A stretch of DNA of 51,579 nucleotides from Actinomycetota bacterium (GTDB lineage: Bacteria > Actinomycetota > Acidimicrobiia > Acidimicrobiales > Ilumatobacteraceae), in the NCBI GenBank assembly GCA_041180985.1, contig JBEGQK010000027.1, positions 1 through 51,579 on the forward strand. The letters run 5' to 3'. The translations under genes were made by a program, and so were the position numbers. Positions 36,241 to 45,420 of the stretch are shown here, in pieces; position 1 is the first letter of the stretch, and each line of letters opens with the position of its first letter. Under the pieces are notes generated by a model. That model was not told the origin of the DNA, made no database searches, and saw only the letters and a list, made by a program, of their open reading frames with translations.

Positions 36241-37326
36241 TCAGGACTGGGTTTCCAGACAGTGTCTGACACCGGCTGCGAACAATTGCACATCCTCGGT
36301 GGTCGTGTCCCACGACGTCATCCACCGCACCTGGTCGTTCGGGGCATCCCAGTCCCAGAAGAAGCACCAGTCCTTCAGCCGGGTACGTGCCGGCTCGGGA
36401 ACGATGGGGTAGAGGCTGTTGACCGCGGGACGCGAGATCCGCAGCGACGTGATGTCCTGCAATGCCTCGAACAGTTCGGCGGCACGATTGTTCGCGTTGG
36501 CGGCCGTCTCCAGCCACAAGCCGGTGGACAGCGCGGCGGCGAACTGCGCGGCGCTGTAGCGCATCTTGGAGGGCAACTGGGCCGCCTGCTTCCTCAGGTG
36601 CTCCGCACGGCCGTCGGCGAGCCCGGGACGCAGGAGAACACACTCGGCGTTCAGCATCCCGTTCTTCGTGCCACCAAAACTCACGGCATCGACGCCCGCG
36701 CCGAACGTCAGTCGGCGGAACGTATCGGCGTCGCCGCCGAGCGCGGCGACGGCGTTGGCGATGCGGGCGCCGTCAAGGTGCACCCTCATCCCGTACGAGT
36801 GAGCGACGGAGCAGATCTCGGCGATCTCGTCGGCGGTGTACAGAGTGCCCAGCTCGGTGGCCTCCGTGATCGAGACGACCCCCGGCTGCACATGGTGGAC
36901 ATTTCCGAGGGCACCCGCAGCGGCGCGGATGTGTTCGGGCCGGATCTTGGCGTCCTCAGTTGCGACATCGGCGAGCTTGGCGCCGAGGAACCTCTCGGGC
37001 GCTCCGGTCTCGTCGACATGGATGTGCGACCAGCTCGTGCAGAGCACCGACTCGGCGCGTCCGAGAAGGCAGGACAGGGCCACCACGTTCGCACCGGTTC
37101 CACCGAACGCGAACAGGGTCTCGACCTCGAGCCCGCACAGTTCGCGGAACAGCTCCGTCGCGCGCTTCGTGAAGGGGTCTCCGCCGTAGGCGAACTGGTG
37201 ACCCTCGTTGGCCTCCGAGATGGCTTCCATGTACGTCGGGTGCACCGGCGAGAAGTTGTCGCTGGCGAAGAAACGGGGAGGCGCCGGGGGCAATGTCACT
37301 TCGGGGATGCTACACAGACGTACCAT
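36241..37326 (-). CDS. ltaE: Low-specificity L-threonine aldolase
   Basis: FASDN, AYGGDP, FGGTGANV and GGTKNG (PLP Lys). ATG at 37326, with GTG 37299 as an alternative. Confidence 0.85.
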   Translation of the reverse strand: MVRLCSIPEVTLPPAPPRFFASDNFSPVHPTYMEAISEANEGHQFAYGGDPFTKRATELFRELCGLEVETLFAFGGTGANVVALSCLLGRAESVLCTSWSHIHVDETGAPERFLGAKLADVATEDAKIRPEHIRAAAGALGNVHHVQPGVVSITEATELGTLYTADEIAEICSVAHSYGMRVHLDGARIANAVAALGGDADTFRRLTFGAGVDAVSFGGTKNGMLNAECVLLRPGLADGRAEHLRKQAAQLPSKMRYSAAQFAAALSTGLWLETAANANNRAAELFEALQDITSLRISRPAVNSLYPIVPEPARTRLKDWCFFWDWDAPNDQVRWMTSWDTTTEDVQLFAAGVRHCLETQS

Positions 37327-37341
37327 TTCGTCATGACGAAA
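37326..37341. promoter_or_regulatory. 16-bp perfect palindrome TTTCGTCATGACGAAA between or over two divergent start codons
   Basis: Read directly from the sequence. It spans the first base of the ltaE ATG (minus strand) through codon 3 of the Zn-ribbon ORF (plus strand). Confidence 0.4.
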
Positions 37342-37713
37342 ACAGACGTGGCCCGAGGGAGCGGGGGGTCACGACCTCGATGCGCGTGGTGCAGGCATCC
37401 TTTCCCCGAAACGACCGGTCCGGGGCGACCGAAGAAATTCTGCAGCCAGAAGTGCCGGCAATGGGATTGGGTGTCGCGTCAACGTGCAGCCGAGCTCGAG
37501 CTGTCGGAGAACGAACTCGTGGTGACGCGCGAGGAGCTCGACAACCTGAAGGACTTGATCTTCGTCCTGCAGTGCGCCGTGAACGACGTGCGCAGTGACC
37601 TGGAATCTCCGCGCCAGACGAAGGAGACGCTGGCCGACATGGTGTCCTGGCTGCTGGACGCCGCGGACCCCGTGACCACAGCTTCCTTTGGTGCGCCTCC
37701 TATACGCTCATAA
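37333..37713 (+). CDS. Small Zn-ribbon protein, putative DNA-binding/regulatory
   Basis: 126 aa. CAWC ... GRPKKFCSQKCRQWDW (CxxC...CxxxC with a basic patch), then a coiled-coil-like region. TACCAT lies 6 nt upstream of the ATG, consistent with a leaderless transcript. Confidence 0.55.
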   Translation: MTKTDVARGSGGSRPRCAWCRHPFPETTGPGRPKKFCSQKCRQWDWVSRQRAAELELSENELVVTREELDNLKDLIFVLQCAVNDVRSDLESPRQTKETLADMVSWLLDAADPVTTASFGAPPIRS

Positions 37714-37802
37714 TCCCCGTTATGTAATAATCGGGGAAGCCAAGCCCCGCAAGGAATCCCCTGCATGATTCACCTGATCGCCGTGCCACCTATGGTGACC
37801 GC

Positions 37803-39062
37803 ATGACCACTCAGGATTCACCGGCAATCGGTGACGGTCGACCCGTCGTCGAAGTGCTTGCGGACATGGAGTCCATGCGCGTGTCCGATGTCCGCTGGCG
37901 GGATGGTCGGGCGTTCACCTTGGCCTACAACGCGGGCCCCGAGGTGGTTGCGCTCGCCGAGGAGGCCTACAGGCGGTTTTCCGGCGAGAACGCTCTTAAC
38001 ACCGATGCATTCCCTTCCCTGCGGCGGATGCAGAACGATGTCGTGAAGCATGCCCTCTCCTGGACCCACGGTGACGGCGATGCAGCAGGCTTCATGACCT
38101 CCGGCGGCACCGAGAGCCTGATCCTCTGCGTGAGGGCGGCTCTGAAGCGGGCCGAGCGTGAGGGTCGGTCACTTCCCCGCCCCAATGTCGTCCTTCCCAC
38201 GTCCGCCCATGCCGCCTTCGAGAAGGCGGCGGATTATTTCGGGGTCGAGAACCGTCGTATCGACGTGCGCAGCGACTGGCGTGCGGACACCCGCGCAATG
38301 CTCGATGCCGTCGATGACCAGACCGTCCTCATCGTGGGGAGTGCTCCTTCGTACCCGCAGGGCGTGGTGGACGACATCGCTCCCCTCGCAGCGATCGCAT
38401 CCGAGAGACGCTTCAACTGCCACGTCGACGCGTGCATGGGTGGTGTGACACTCACCTATCTCGAGAGGGCCGGGCAACGCGTCCCCTTGTGGGACTTCCG
38501 CATCGACGGTGTCACGTCAATCTCGGTCGACCTCCACAAGTACGGCTACACGTCGAAGGGCGCCGGGGTTCTTTTGCACCGCAACAAGTTCCTGCGCGCG
38601 GACCAGACCTTCATCACCGACAACTGGCTCGGTGGCACCTACGGTTCGTCGGGCATCCTCGGCACGAAGTCCGGTGGTCCGATTGCGGCGGCGTGGGCGG
38701 TCCTCCACCATCTCGGCGATGGCGGCTACGAAAGGTTGACGATGGCGGCACGACGGACAGCGTTGCGTATCGCCGACTTTGTCGACGCACATCCGTTGCT
38801 CGAGCTGCGGGCGCGACCGGACACCACCCTCCTCTGCTTCGGCGTGTCCGACGAATTGCGTCATGACGTATTTGCCGTGGCAGATGCGATCAATGCGCGC
38901 GGTTGGTACGTGGACAAGCAGGCGCCGCCCAAGTCCGTCCACCTCACAGTCAACGCGGTCCATGAGCTCGTTGTCGATGACTTCCTGGAGGACCTGCAGG
39001 CGATCCTCGAGACCGTGGACGGTCAATCAGGTACAGCGGGTTCCTACGGCACTGTCGACTGA
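37803..39062 (+). CDS. PLP-dependent group II decarboxylase / sphingosine-1-phosphate-lyase-like enzyme
   Basis: FMTSGGTESL, and SVDLHKYGYTSKGAG (PLP Lys). Confidence 0.85.
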   Translation: MTTQDSPAIGDGRPVVEVLADMESMRVSDVRWRDGRAFTLAYNAGPEVVALAEEAYRRFSGENALNTDAFPSLRRMQNDVVKHALSWTHGDGDAAGFMTSGGTESLILCVRAALKRAEREGRSLPRPNVVLPTSAHAAFEKAADYFGVENRRIDVRSDWRADTRAMLDAVDDQTVLIVGSAPSYPQGVVDDIAPLAAIASERRFNCHVDACMGGVTLTYLERAGQRVPLWDFRIDGVTSISVDLHKYGYTSKGAGVLLHRNKFLRADQTFITDNWLGGTYGSSGILGTKSGGPIAAAWAVLHHLGDGGYERLTMAARRTALRIADFVDAHPLLELRARPDTTLLCFGVSDELRHDVFAVADAINARGWYVDKQAPPKSVHLTVNAVHELVVDDFLEDLQAILETVDGQSGTAGSYGTVD

Positions 39063-39080
39063 GCCGACGACTCGCTCAGT

Positions 39081-39851
39081 TCACTTGTTTGCGTCGAGCG
39101 CGTCCTTCAGCACGGTCACGAGAGAGGCATATTCGGCCCTCTCCTCGCCCGACAGCGCGTCGAAACCCGTCGCCTGCAACTGGCTCGTCATGGCATCGAT
39201 GGCGGCCCGTCTCGGCATGAGCGGTGCCGCATCCGGGTGGCCCTCGCCGAACCCCCGCTTTGCGGCCTCCGCGACACCGGTCGCCAGATCCTTGTAACCG
39301 GTCAACACCGCCTGGGCCGGGGTGAACCCGTTTGCCCGGACGGCGACGATGTGCTCGCTTCCCCGCCACTCACGGAGCAGCGCAATGTTCCAGTACGCAC
39401 GTCCCGCTGCATCCGCAGGCGCCGGTTCGGCGCGCAGTGCGGCGAACAGAGCGAGCCCGGACACGTCGACGCTGTTCATCGCCTTTTCGGCGAGTGCGGA
39501 GAACCGCTCGAGTCCGGCAACACCCTGCAGGCGCCTTCGCCCGTACTCCGCGCACGCTCCCGCATAACGACGCCCTGCGTCCCGTGCCGATTCGGTCTGG
39601 AGACCTGTCTCCCACATCTTGCGGACGAGTCCGCCACCGAAGAACCCGAATGCCGAGGTGACGACGTCGGCGTCCACGTCACCGAGCACTCCCCCTCTGC
39701 CGGTGACGTACCAGGCAAAGCCGTTTGCGTACCTTGCCTCGGTGCCCACGGCCATCGTCTCGGGGTGGAGCATGTACCGGGCGCCGAGCTCGCCGATCAC
39801 GGCTGCTGTTGCGTCCGTCACTTCAAGGGATGTCATTGTCGCCATGGGCAC
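39081..39851 (-). CDS. Hypothetical protein (resembles the actinobacterial SCO6745-type family from memory)
   Basis: 256-aa ORF with good codon bias. YVTGRGGVLGDVDADVVTSAFGFFGGGLV. The family call is unverified. Confidence 0.65.
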   Translation of the reverse strand: MPMATMTSLEVTDATAAVIGELGARYMLHPETMAVGTEARYANGFAWYVTGRGGVLGDVDADVVTSAFGFFGGGLVRKMWETGLQTESARDAGRRYAGACAEYGRRRLQGVAGLERFSALAEKAMNSVDVSGLALFAALRAEPAPADAAGRAYWNIALLREWRGSEHIVAVRANGFTPAQAVLTGYKDLATGVAEAAKRGFGEGHPDAAPLMPRRAAIDAMTSQLQATGFDALSGEERAEYASLVTVLKDALDANK

Positions 39852-39899
39852 ACCGTAGTCCTCGCAACACGGCAGCCCTCACCGGACGAACTATGGTGT

Positions 39900-40080
39900 G
39901 GGCACTCCCACTGGGAGAGAGCAGGCAACTGCCGCCGAAGGAGCAACCACCCCGGAAACTCTCAGGCACCAGGGACCAGAGGGAACGACATAGACGCTGG
40001 AAAGAGAGGGCGAGCCCTCCGCCGACGGGGAAAGTCACGAACGTGATGAAGCTCTCAGGCACAACGGACAGCGGGGGTGC
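39900..40080 (+). promoter_or_regulatory. Tandem glycine riboswitch (two aptamers) in the gcvP leader
   Basis: Aptamer 1: CTGGGAGAG...GCCGCCGAAGGAGCAA...CCGGAAACTCTCAGGCACCAGGGACCAG. Aptamer 2: CTGGAAAGAGAG...CCGCCGACGGGGAAAG...GCTCTCAGGCACAACGGACAGCGG. Both carry the GGAGAG / CCGAAGG-like / CTCAGGCA..GGAC conserved cores. They are followed by SD GAAGGAG and the gcvP ATG. Confidence 0.85.
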
Positions 40081-40094
40081 ACGAAGGAGTACCC

Positions 40095-42950
40095 ATGTCG
40101 ACGACCAAGAACGAATTGTTCGCCTCCCGCCACCTCGGTCTCACCGATGCCGACCGTGCCGAGATGCTGCGCGTCATCGGTGTCGGTTCACTGGAAGAAC
40201 TCGTTCGGCGAACCGTTCCGGAGTCAATCCTGATGGATCGCCCGCTGCGGCTTCCGGATGCAGTGGCCGAGACCGAGGTGCTCTCGAAGCTCGCGGCGAA
40301 CTTCGAGGGTGTCGTCAAGCGGCGCAGCTTCATCGGTCAGGGCTACTACCCCACCGTCACTCCGCCCGTGGTGAAGCGCAACGTGCTGGAGAACCCGGCG
40401 TGGTACACGGCCTACACGCCGTACCAGCCGGAGATCAGCCAGGGACGTCTCGAGGCGCTGCTCAACTTCCAGACGATGGTCACGGAACTGACCGGACTGC
40501 CTCTCGCCAACGCGTCACTCCTGGACGAGGCGACAGCCGTCGCAGAGGCCATCACAATGGCGCACCGCACGTCGCGCACGAAGAAGAACGCCGTGCTCGT
40601 CGACGCGAACACCCACCCCCAGACGATTGCCGTGGTCAGGACGAGGATGGAGCCGATCGGCATCGACCTTGACGTCGACGCACCCGACGCATTCGATGCG
40701 GAAAGGCACTTCGCAGTCGTTGTCAGCCATCCCGCGAGTGACGGTCTCGTTCGTGACCATTCGGCGCTCCGCTCACTGGTCGACACCGTGCACGCTGCCG
40801 GGGCGATTGCGATCGCGGCCACCGATCTCCTCGCACTCACGCTCCTCCACAGCCCCGGCAGTCTCGGTTTCGACATCGCCGTCGGTTCGTCCCAGCGCTT
40901 CGGGATACCTCTCGGCTTCGGCGGGCCCCACGCGGCCTTCATGGCGTGCCGCGAGGAGCACGCGCGGTCGCTCCCCGGAAGGCTCGTGGGCGTCAGCACC
41001 GACACAGCCGGCAGACCGGCGCTGCGCCTGACCCTGCAGACCCGCGAGCAGCACATCCGCCGGGAGAAGGCAACGTCGAACATCTGCACGTCCCAGGTGC
41101 TGCTCGCGAACATGGCGGGCATGTACGGCGTGTGGCACGGCCCTGACGGTCTCCGCCGTATCGCCCAGCGCGTCCATGGCTGCGCACGGCGCTTCGCGAC
41201 GGCAGTGGCGGCATCGGGGGGCAACGTCGCCCATGGTGCGTTCTTCGACACCGTCTGCGTCGTGGTTGACGATGCTTCGGCCACGGTTGCGGCCGCTCGG
41301 GACGCCGGTTACAACATCCGGCGCGTCAGCGAGACCGCTGTCTCGGTGAGTTTCGACGAGACCACCACAGAGGTCGATGTCGACTGTCTGGCCGGAGCCC
41401 TCGGGTGCTCTCACCCGGGAGAAGACGCCGACATGGGATTGTGCGAGGACTTCATCAGGCGAGATGACTACATGTCCCAGTCGGTGTTCCACAGCCACCG
41501 TTCGGAACACGCGATGCTCCGTTACCTGAGGCGCCTGGCGGACAAGGACCTCGCTCTCGACCGCACGATGATTCCGCTCGGGTCGTGCACCATGAAGTTG
41601 AACTCCACGACGGAGATGGAACCGGTCACGTGGGACGAGTTCACGTCCGTCCACCCGTACGCACCCGACGACGAGACCATCGGCATGCGCCGCACGATCG
41701 GGCAACTCGAGGCCATGCTCGTCGAGATAACGGGGTACGACGCCGTCAGCCTCCAGCCGAACGCAGGCAGCCAGGGCGAGTTCGCCGGCCTGCTGGCCAT
41801 CCGCGGGTACCACCGCTCCCGCGGCGAACACGACCGCACCGTCTGCCTCATTCCCGAGAGTGCGCACGGCACGAATGCCGCAAGTGCCGTCATGGCGGGC
41901 ATGAGTGTGGTCGTCGTCAAGTGCGACCCGAACGGCAACGTCGACATCGATGACCTGCGAGCGAAGGCCTCCCAAGCCGGTCCCCGACTAGCGGCGACGA
42001 TGATCACGTACCCGTCAACGCACGGCGTCTTCGAACAGGCGATCGTGGACATCTGCGACATCGTCCACGCCGAGGGTGGTCAGGTCTATGTCGACGGCGC
42101 GAACCTCAATGCCCTCGTTGGACTGGCCCAGCCGGGCAAGTTCGGCGCCGATGTCAGCCACCTCAACCTGCACAAGACGTTCTGCATCCCCCATGGCGGC
42201 GGCGGTCCCGGCGTCGGCCCCACCGCAGTGAAGGCTCACCTTGCGCCATTCCTCCCCGGTGCCCCCAACTCCCCCGGCTCCCCTGTCGGCCCGGTGTCTG
42301 CGGCGAACTACGGGAGTGCATCGATTCTCGGCATCCCGTGGGTGTACATCACGATGATGGGATCCGACGGCCTCCGCCGCGCCACCGTGGATGCCATTCT
42401 GTCGGCGAACTACGTCGCGGCGCGCCTCCGGGACGCGTTCCCCGTGCTGTACGCGGGCGAGCACGGCACCGTCGCGCACGAGTGCATCCTGAACGTTGCG
42501 GAGGTCGTGAAGGGCTCGGGCGTCACGATTGATGACGTCGCCAAGCGTCTGATGGACTTCTGCTTCCACGCACCCACCATGAGCTTCCCCGTCGCCAACA
42601 CTTTGATGGTCGAGCCGACGGAGAGCGAACCCCTCGACGAACTCAACAGGTTCTGCGAGGCAATGCTCACCATCCGCGCTGAGATCGACGACGTGCTCCA
42701 GGGCAGGACGACCGCCGAGGACAACCCGTTGCACCACGCCCCCCACACCGTGGAGGACGTCATCGGCGACTGGACTCGCTCGTACCCGCGCGACAAGGCT
42801 CTGTACCCGCTTCCCTCCCTGCGAACAAGGGGTTACTTCGTCCCCGTGTCGCGCATTGATGCCGCATACGGCGACAGGAACCTCGTCTGCACGTGCGCAC
42901 CGATCGAGGCCTACGAGACCTCATTGTCGTCCGATACTGTTCCCGCATGA
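40095..42950 (+). CDS. gcvP: Glycine dehydrogenase (decarboxylating), P protein
   Basis: 951 aa, single-chain P protein. [18 protein letters not shown] (PLP Lys). ATG 40095 follows GAAGGAG. Confidence 0.95.
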   Translation: MSTTKNELFASRHLGLTDADRAEMLRVIGVGSLEELVRRTVPESILMDRPLRLPDAVAETEVLSKLAANFEGVVKRRSFIGQGYYPTVTPPVVKRNVLENPAWYTAYTPYQPEISQGRLEALLNFQTMVTELTGLPLANASLLDEATAVAEAITMAHRTSRTKKNAVLVDANTHPQTIAVVRTRMEPIGIDLDVDAPDAFDAERHFAVVVSHPASDGLVRDHSALRSLVDTVHAAGAIAIAATDLLALTLLHSPGSLGFDIAVGSSQRFGIPLGFGGPHAAFMACREEHARSLPGRLVGVSTDTAGRPALRLTLQTREQHIRREKATSNICTSQVLLANMAGMYGVWHGPDGLRRIAQRVHGCARRFATAVAASGGNVAHGAFFDTVCVVVDDASATVAAARDAGYNIRRVSETAVSVSFDETTTEVDVDCLAGALGCSHPGEDADMGLCEDFIRRDDYMSQSVFHSHRSEHAMLRYLRRLADKDLALDRTMIPLGSCTMKLNSTTEMEPVTWDEFTSVHPYAPDDETIGMRRTIGQLEAMLVEITGYDAVSLQPNAGSQGEFAGLLAIRGYHRSRGEHDRTVCLIPESAHGTNAASAVMAGMSVVVVKCDPNGNVDIDDLRAKASQAGPRLAATMITYPSTHGVFEQAIVDICDIVHAEGGQVYVDGANLNALVGLAQPGKFGADVSHLNLHKTFCIPHGGGGPGVGPTAVKAHLAPFLPGAPNSPGSPVGPVSAANYGSASILGIPWVYITMMGSDGLRRATVDAILSANYVAARLRDAFPVLYAGEHGTVAHECILNVAEVVKGSGVTIDDVAKRLMDFCFHAPTMSFPVANTLMVEPTESEPLDELNRFCEAMLTIRAEIDDVLQGRTTAEDNPLHHAPHTVEDVIGDWTRSYPRDKALYPLPSLRTRGYFVPVSRIDAAYGDRNLVCTCAPIEAYETSLSSDTVPA

Positions 42951-43363
42951 GCGACACCGCCCCGCAGAACCCGCTAGAGCAACTGTTGGCGCTTGCGTCT
43001 GCGATCGACCCCATCGAACTGGCATCCCGCGCCGTGGATGCATCGAAGCGCACCACCGAATCGCTCATCCAGATACTCGAGAACTTTGCCTCCACGGTGG
43101 ACAACCTCAACCGGACGACCACACGGATCAACTCCCTCCTGGACGAGGTGGAGGAGCCACTTCGGCGGGTCATGCCGCAGGTGGGGAACGCCATGAACGC
43201 CGCCGCTTCCCTCGGCGAGATCGCGACATCTCTCGGTGAACTCACGAAGAGGCTCGGCCCCCTGACGACCCTTGCAGAGAGCGCCGGCGGTCTGTTCGGT
43301 TTCAAGGCACCAAGGCCTGCGGGCGGCGCTACTTCTTCTTCGCCACAAACGGCATCTGAGTGA
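42947..43363 (+). CDS. Hypothetical helical protein translationally coupled to gcvP
   Basis: 138 aa. The ATG overlaps the gcvP stop (ATGA). Third positions are predominantly G/C. It fills an otherwise unexplained 378-bp gap. Its last 35 nt overlap the 3' end of convergent gcvT. Confidence 0.55.
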   Translation: MSDTAPQNPLEQLLALASAIDPIELASRAVDASKRTTESLIQILENFASTVDNLNRTTTRINSLLDEVEEPLRRVMPQVGNAMNAAASLGEIATSLGELTKRLGPLTTLAESAGGLFGFKAPRPAGGATSSSPQTASE

Positions 43364-44381
43364 CGATCGCCGGGATCAGCGTCCCGCGCACGTCCAGGGA
43401 GACCCCGTCGCCGGGCACCAGTTCCTCGGAAACGAACGCCATCGCGACGCAGTGACCGAGGGTCGGCGAGAAATTGCCGCTGCTCACCTCGCCGATGGGG
43501 GTCCCGTCCTCGCGCAGCACCGTCGTCCCGTCACGAGCCGGGCGACGACCGTCGACTGACAGCCCGACCAGGTGCCTGGAGACGCCGGCATCCTTCTCTG
43601 CCGCCAGCGCCTCACGACCGACGAACGTGGGCTTCGACCAGGAGACAACCCATTCGAGGCCGGCCTGGAGCGGCGTGATTCCGTCGCCCAGTTCGTGCCC
43701 GTGCAAGGGCAAAGAAGCCTCCAACCGGAGTGTGTCGCGGGCCCCGAGACCCGCCGGCACTGCACCGCCGGCGACGAGCGCGTCCCAGACGGCACGCGCA
43801 CCGGCAGCAGGGACTGCAATCTCGATTCCGTCCTCACCCGTGTAACCCGTTCCTGCAACGACGCACGGGACGCCGAGAATGTCGACCTCGCGAACCCTGA
43901 AGCGGCCGACAGATGCTGCATCAGGCGCGAACGCGGACACGACGGCGCGTGCAGTAGGACCCTGGACGGCGAGGATGGCCCTCGCCTCGGTGGTGTCGGT
44001 GCCACCGATCGCCCCGACCACACGGTCCGTGTTCGAAGCGTTCGGCATGACGTCGAACACCTCTTCGTCCACCCACCACACGATGATGTCGTCGAGCACG
44101 CTTGCATCTTCTGCGGACAGGAGGTGCGTGTACTGGGCCCTTCCGACCGAGATCTTGTTCAGGTCGTTCGTGAGCACGCTCTGCAGGGTGTCGAAGGCGC
44201 CCGGACCCTCCACGCGAACCGTGCCGAGGTGACTGACATCAAAGACCGCGCACGCCTCGCGGCACGCAGCATGCTCGGCGAGAGTGCCGGAAGGGTACGC
44301 GATCGGCATCTCCCACCCGCCGAACGGCGCCATCTTCGCGTTCAGTTCGCGATGGACAGCGTCGAGCGGAGAGAACTTCAC
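43329..44381 (-). CDS. gcvT: Aminomethyltransferase, glycine cleavage T protein
   Basis: FGGWEMPIAY, FDVSHLG, and full-length GcvT similarity. Confidence 0.95.
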   Translation of the reverse strand: MKFSPLDAVHRELNAKMAPFGGWEMPIAYPSGTLAEHAACREACAVFDVSHLGTVRVEGPGAFDTLQSVLTNDLNKISVGRAQYTHLLSAEDASVLDDIIVWWVDEEVFDVMPNASNTDRVVGAIGGTDTTEARAILAVQGPTARAVVSAFAPDAASVGRFRVREVDILGVPCVVAGTGYTGEDGIEIAVPAAGARAVWDALVAGGAVPAGLGARDTLRLEASLPLHGHELGDGITPLQAGLEWVVSWSKPTFVGREALAAEKDAGVSRHLVGLSVDGRRPARDGTTVLREDGTPIGEVSSGNFSPTLGHCVAMAFVSEELVPGDGVSLDVRGTLIPAIVTQMPFVAKKK

Positions 44382-44383
44382 GG

Positions 44384-44851
44384 TCAGACTGCGCGGCGGC
44401 TGCCGCCGTCCTGGTCCCCGTCGCGGGACTTCGACGCGAAGTCGAGCGAGACAATCTGCTTGTCGACCTCGTCCTTGACGCCGGACAACGGGAGGACGTT
44501 GAGCACACCCTGTCCGTGGCGGACCACGTCAACAAGATTGTCACCGTCGCAGAGGATCACCGAGGACCCGTCGATGACGATGTGGGCCGAGCTGATCTCG
44601 GTGTCGACGTGCTCACGCATGTAGGCGAAAACGTCACGCACGCTCGTGAGCTTGATGCCCGAGTCGAGGAGCTTCTTGACGACCTTCAGCTCGAGCAGGT
44701 CCTTGTACGAGTACTGACGGCGAGAACCACTGCCCGATGCGTCCGCCGCACTCGGCCTGATGAGGTTCGTTCGCGCCCAGTAGTCGAGCTGACGGTAGGA
44801 AATACCGACGATTGCGGCAGCCTGGTGACCGCTGTACGTCTGGTTCTTCAT
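44384..44851 (-). CDS. MerR family transcriptional regulator
   Basis: N-terminal HTH: YSGHQAAAIVGISYRQLDYWARTNLI ... RQYSYKDLLELKVV. Its position matches the second MerR of the conserved gcvH-garA block. Confidence 0.85.
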   Translation of the reverse strand: MKNQTYSGHQAAAIVGISYRQLDYWARTNLIRPSAADASGSGSRRQYSYKDLLELKVVKKLLDSGIKLTSVRDVFAYMREHVDTEISSAHIVIDGSSVILCDGDNLVDVVRHGQGVLNVLPLSGVKDEVDKQIVSLDFASKSRDGDQDGGSRRAV

Positions 44852-44868
44852 GGTTCTCCCCCTGGGGC

Positions 44869-44894
44869 TACATCCGGGTAACTACGCGGATGTA
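44869..44894. promoter_or_regulatory. Inverted repeat TACATCCG-N10-CGGATGTA upstream of the MerR gene
   Basis: 8-bp perfect arms located 18-43 nt upstream of the MerR ATG (44851), inside the 78-bp BFN-MerR spacer. It could be an operator or an RNA hairpin. Confidence 0.3.
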
Positions 44895-44929
44895 AGACGC
44901 TAGGGGCAGTTCCCTCCCTGCGCAAGGGG

Positions 44930-45418
44930 TCAAATATCGAAGTCGTCAGGGTTGATGTTCTCGATGAATTCCTTGAATTCATCGAGGATTTCGGCCGACG
45001 AATCCTCCGACTCCTCGGGCACCCGCGCGACTTCCTCCAGCAGGCTTTCCTGGGCGTAGATGGGGGCATTCGAGCGCAGGGCAAGGGCGAGGGCGTCGGA
45101 CGGTCTGCACGAGACCACCGTGTCCTCCCCCGACTCGGGGGAAAGGACTATCTCGGCGAAGAACGTTCCGCTCGAGACATGGGTGATGACGACGTGTTTC
45201 AGGGCGACACCGATTCGTTCCAGCGCAAGGACGAACAGGTCATGCGTGAGCGGCCGGGGGGCGACCTCACCGTCCAGCATCATCCGTATCGCGATGCCCT
45301 CCGACAGACCGATGTAGATGTCGAACTGACGACGCGGATGATCATCCTCCCGGAGAGACACGACAAAACTGCTCGAGGTTCTGTCACGCTCGACCCTCCT
45401 CACTGAAAGGGACTTCAC
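44930..45418 (-). CDS. Bifunctional nuclease (DUF151/BFN) family protein
   Basis: IYIGLSEGIAIRMMLDGEVAPRPLTHDL ... FFAEIVL ... RPSDALALALRSNAPIY. The GTG start at 45418 lies just after the upstream TAG. Confidence 0.8.
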   Translation of the reverse strand: MKSLSVRRVERDRTSSSFVVSLREDDHPRRQFDIYIGLSEGIAIRMMLDGEVAPRPLTHDLFVLALERIGVALKHVVITHVSSGTFFAEIVLSPESGEDTVVSCRPSDALALALRSNAPIYAQESLLEEVARVPEESEDSSAEILDEFKEFIENINPDDFDI

Positions 45419-45420
45419 GA

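Noticed and set aside
36238-37332. First 365 codons of the 491-aa plus-strand ORF
   Set aside because: This part is antisense to ltaE and has shadow-ORF composition. Only the portion after ATG 37333 lies outside ltaE and has a recognisable Zn-ribbon motif.
37714-37802. AT-richer spacer with hairpin CCCCG-N12-CGGGG after the Zn-ribbon ORF, considered as an intrinsic terminator
   Set aside because: The stem is only 5 bp, the loop is 12 nt and there is no U-tract. That is too weak to call.
39059-39079. Hairpin CTGAGC-N9-GCTCAG between the convergent decarboxylase and hypothetical genes, considered as a bidirectional terminator
   Set aside because: It has a 6-bp stem and a 9-nt loop, with no flanking T or A tracts. 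It overlaps the plus-strand stop codon (TGA 39060-39062). It is plausible but unsupported.
40773-41975. 400-aa minus-strand ORF inside gcvP, with similar ones at 42015-42746, 43572-44624 and 45475-46347
   Set aside because: All are antisense to strongly supported genes (gcvP, gcvT, MerR). They are GC-rich shadow frames.
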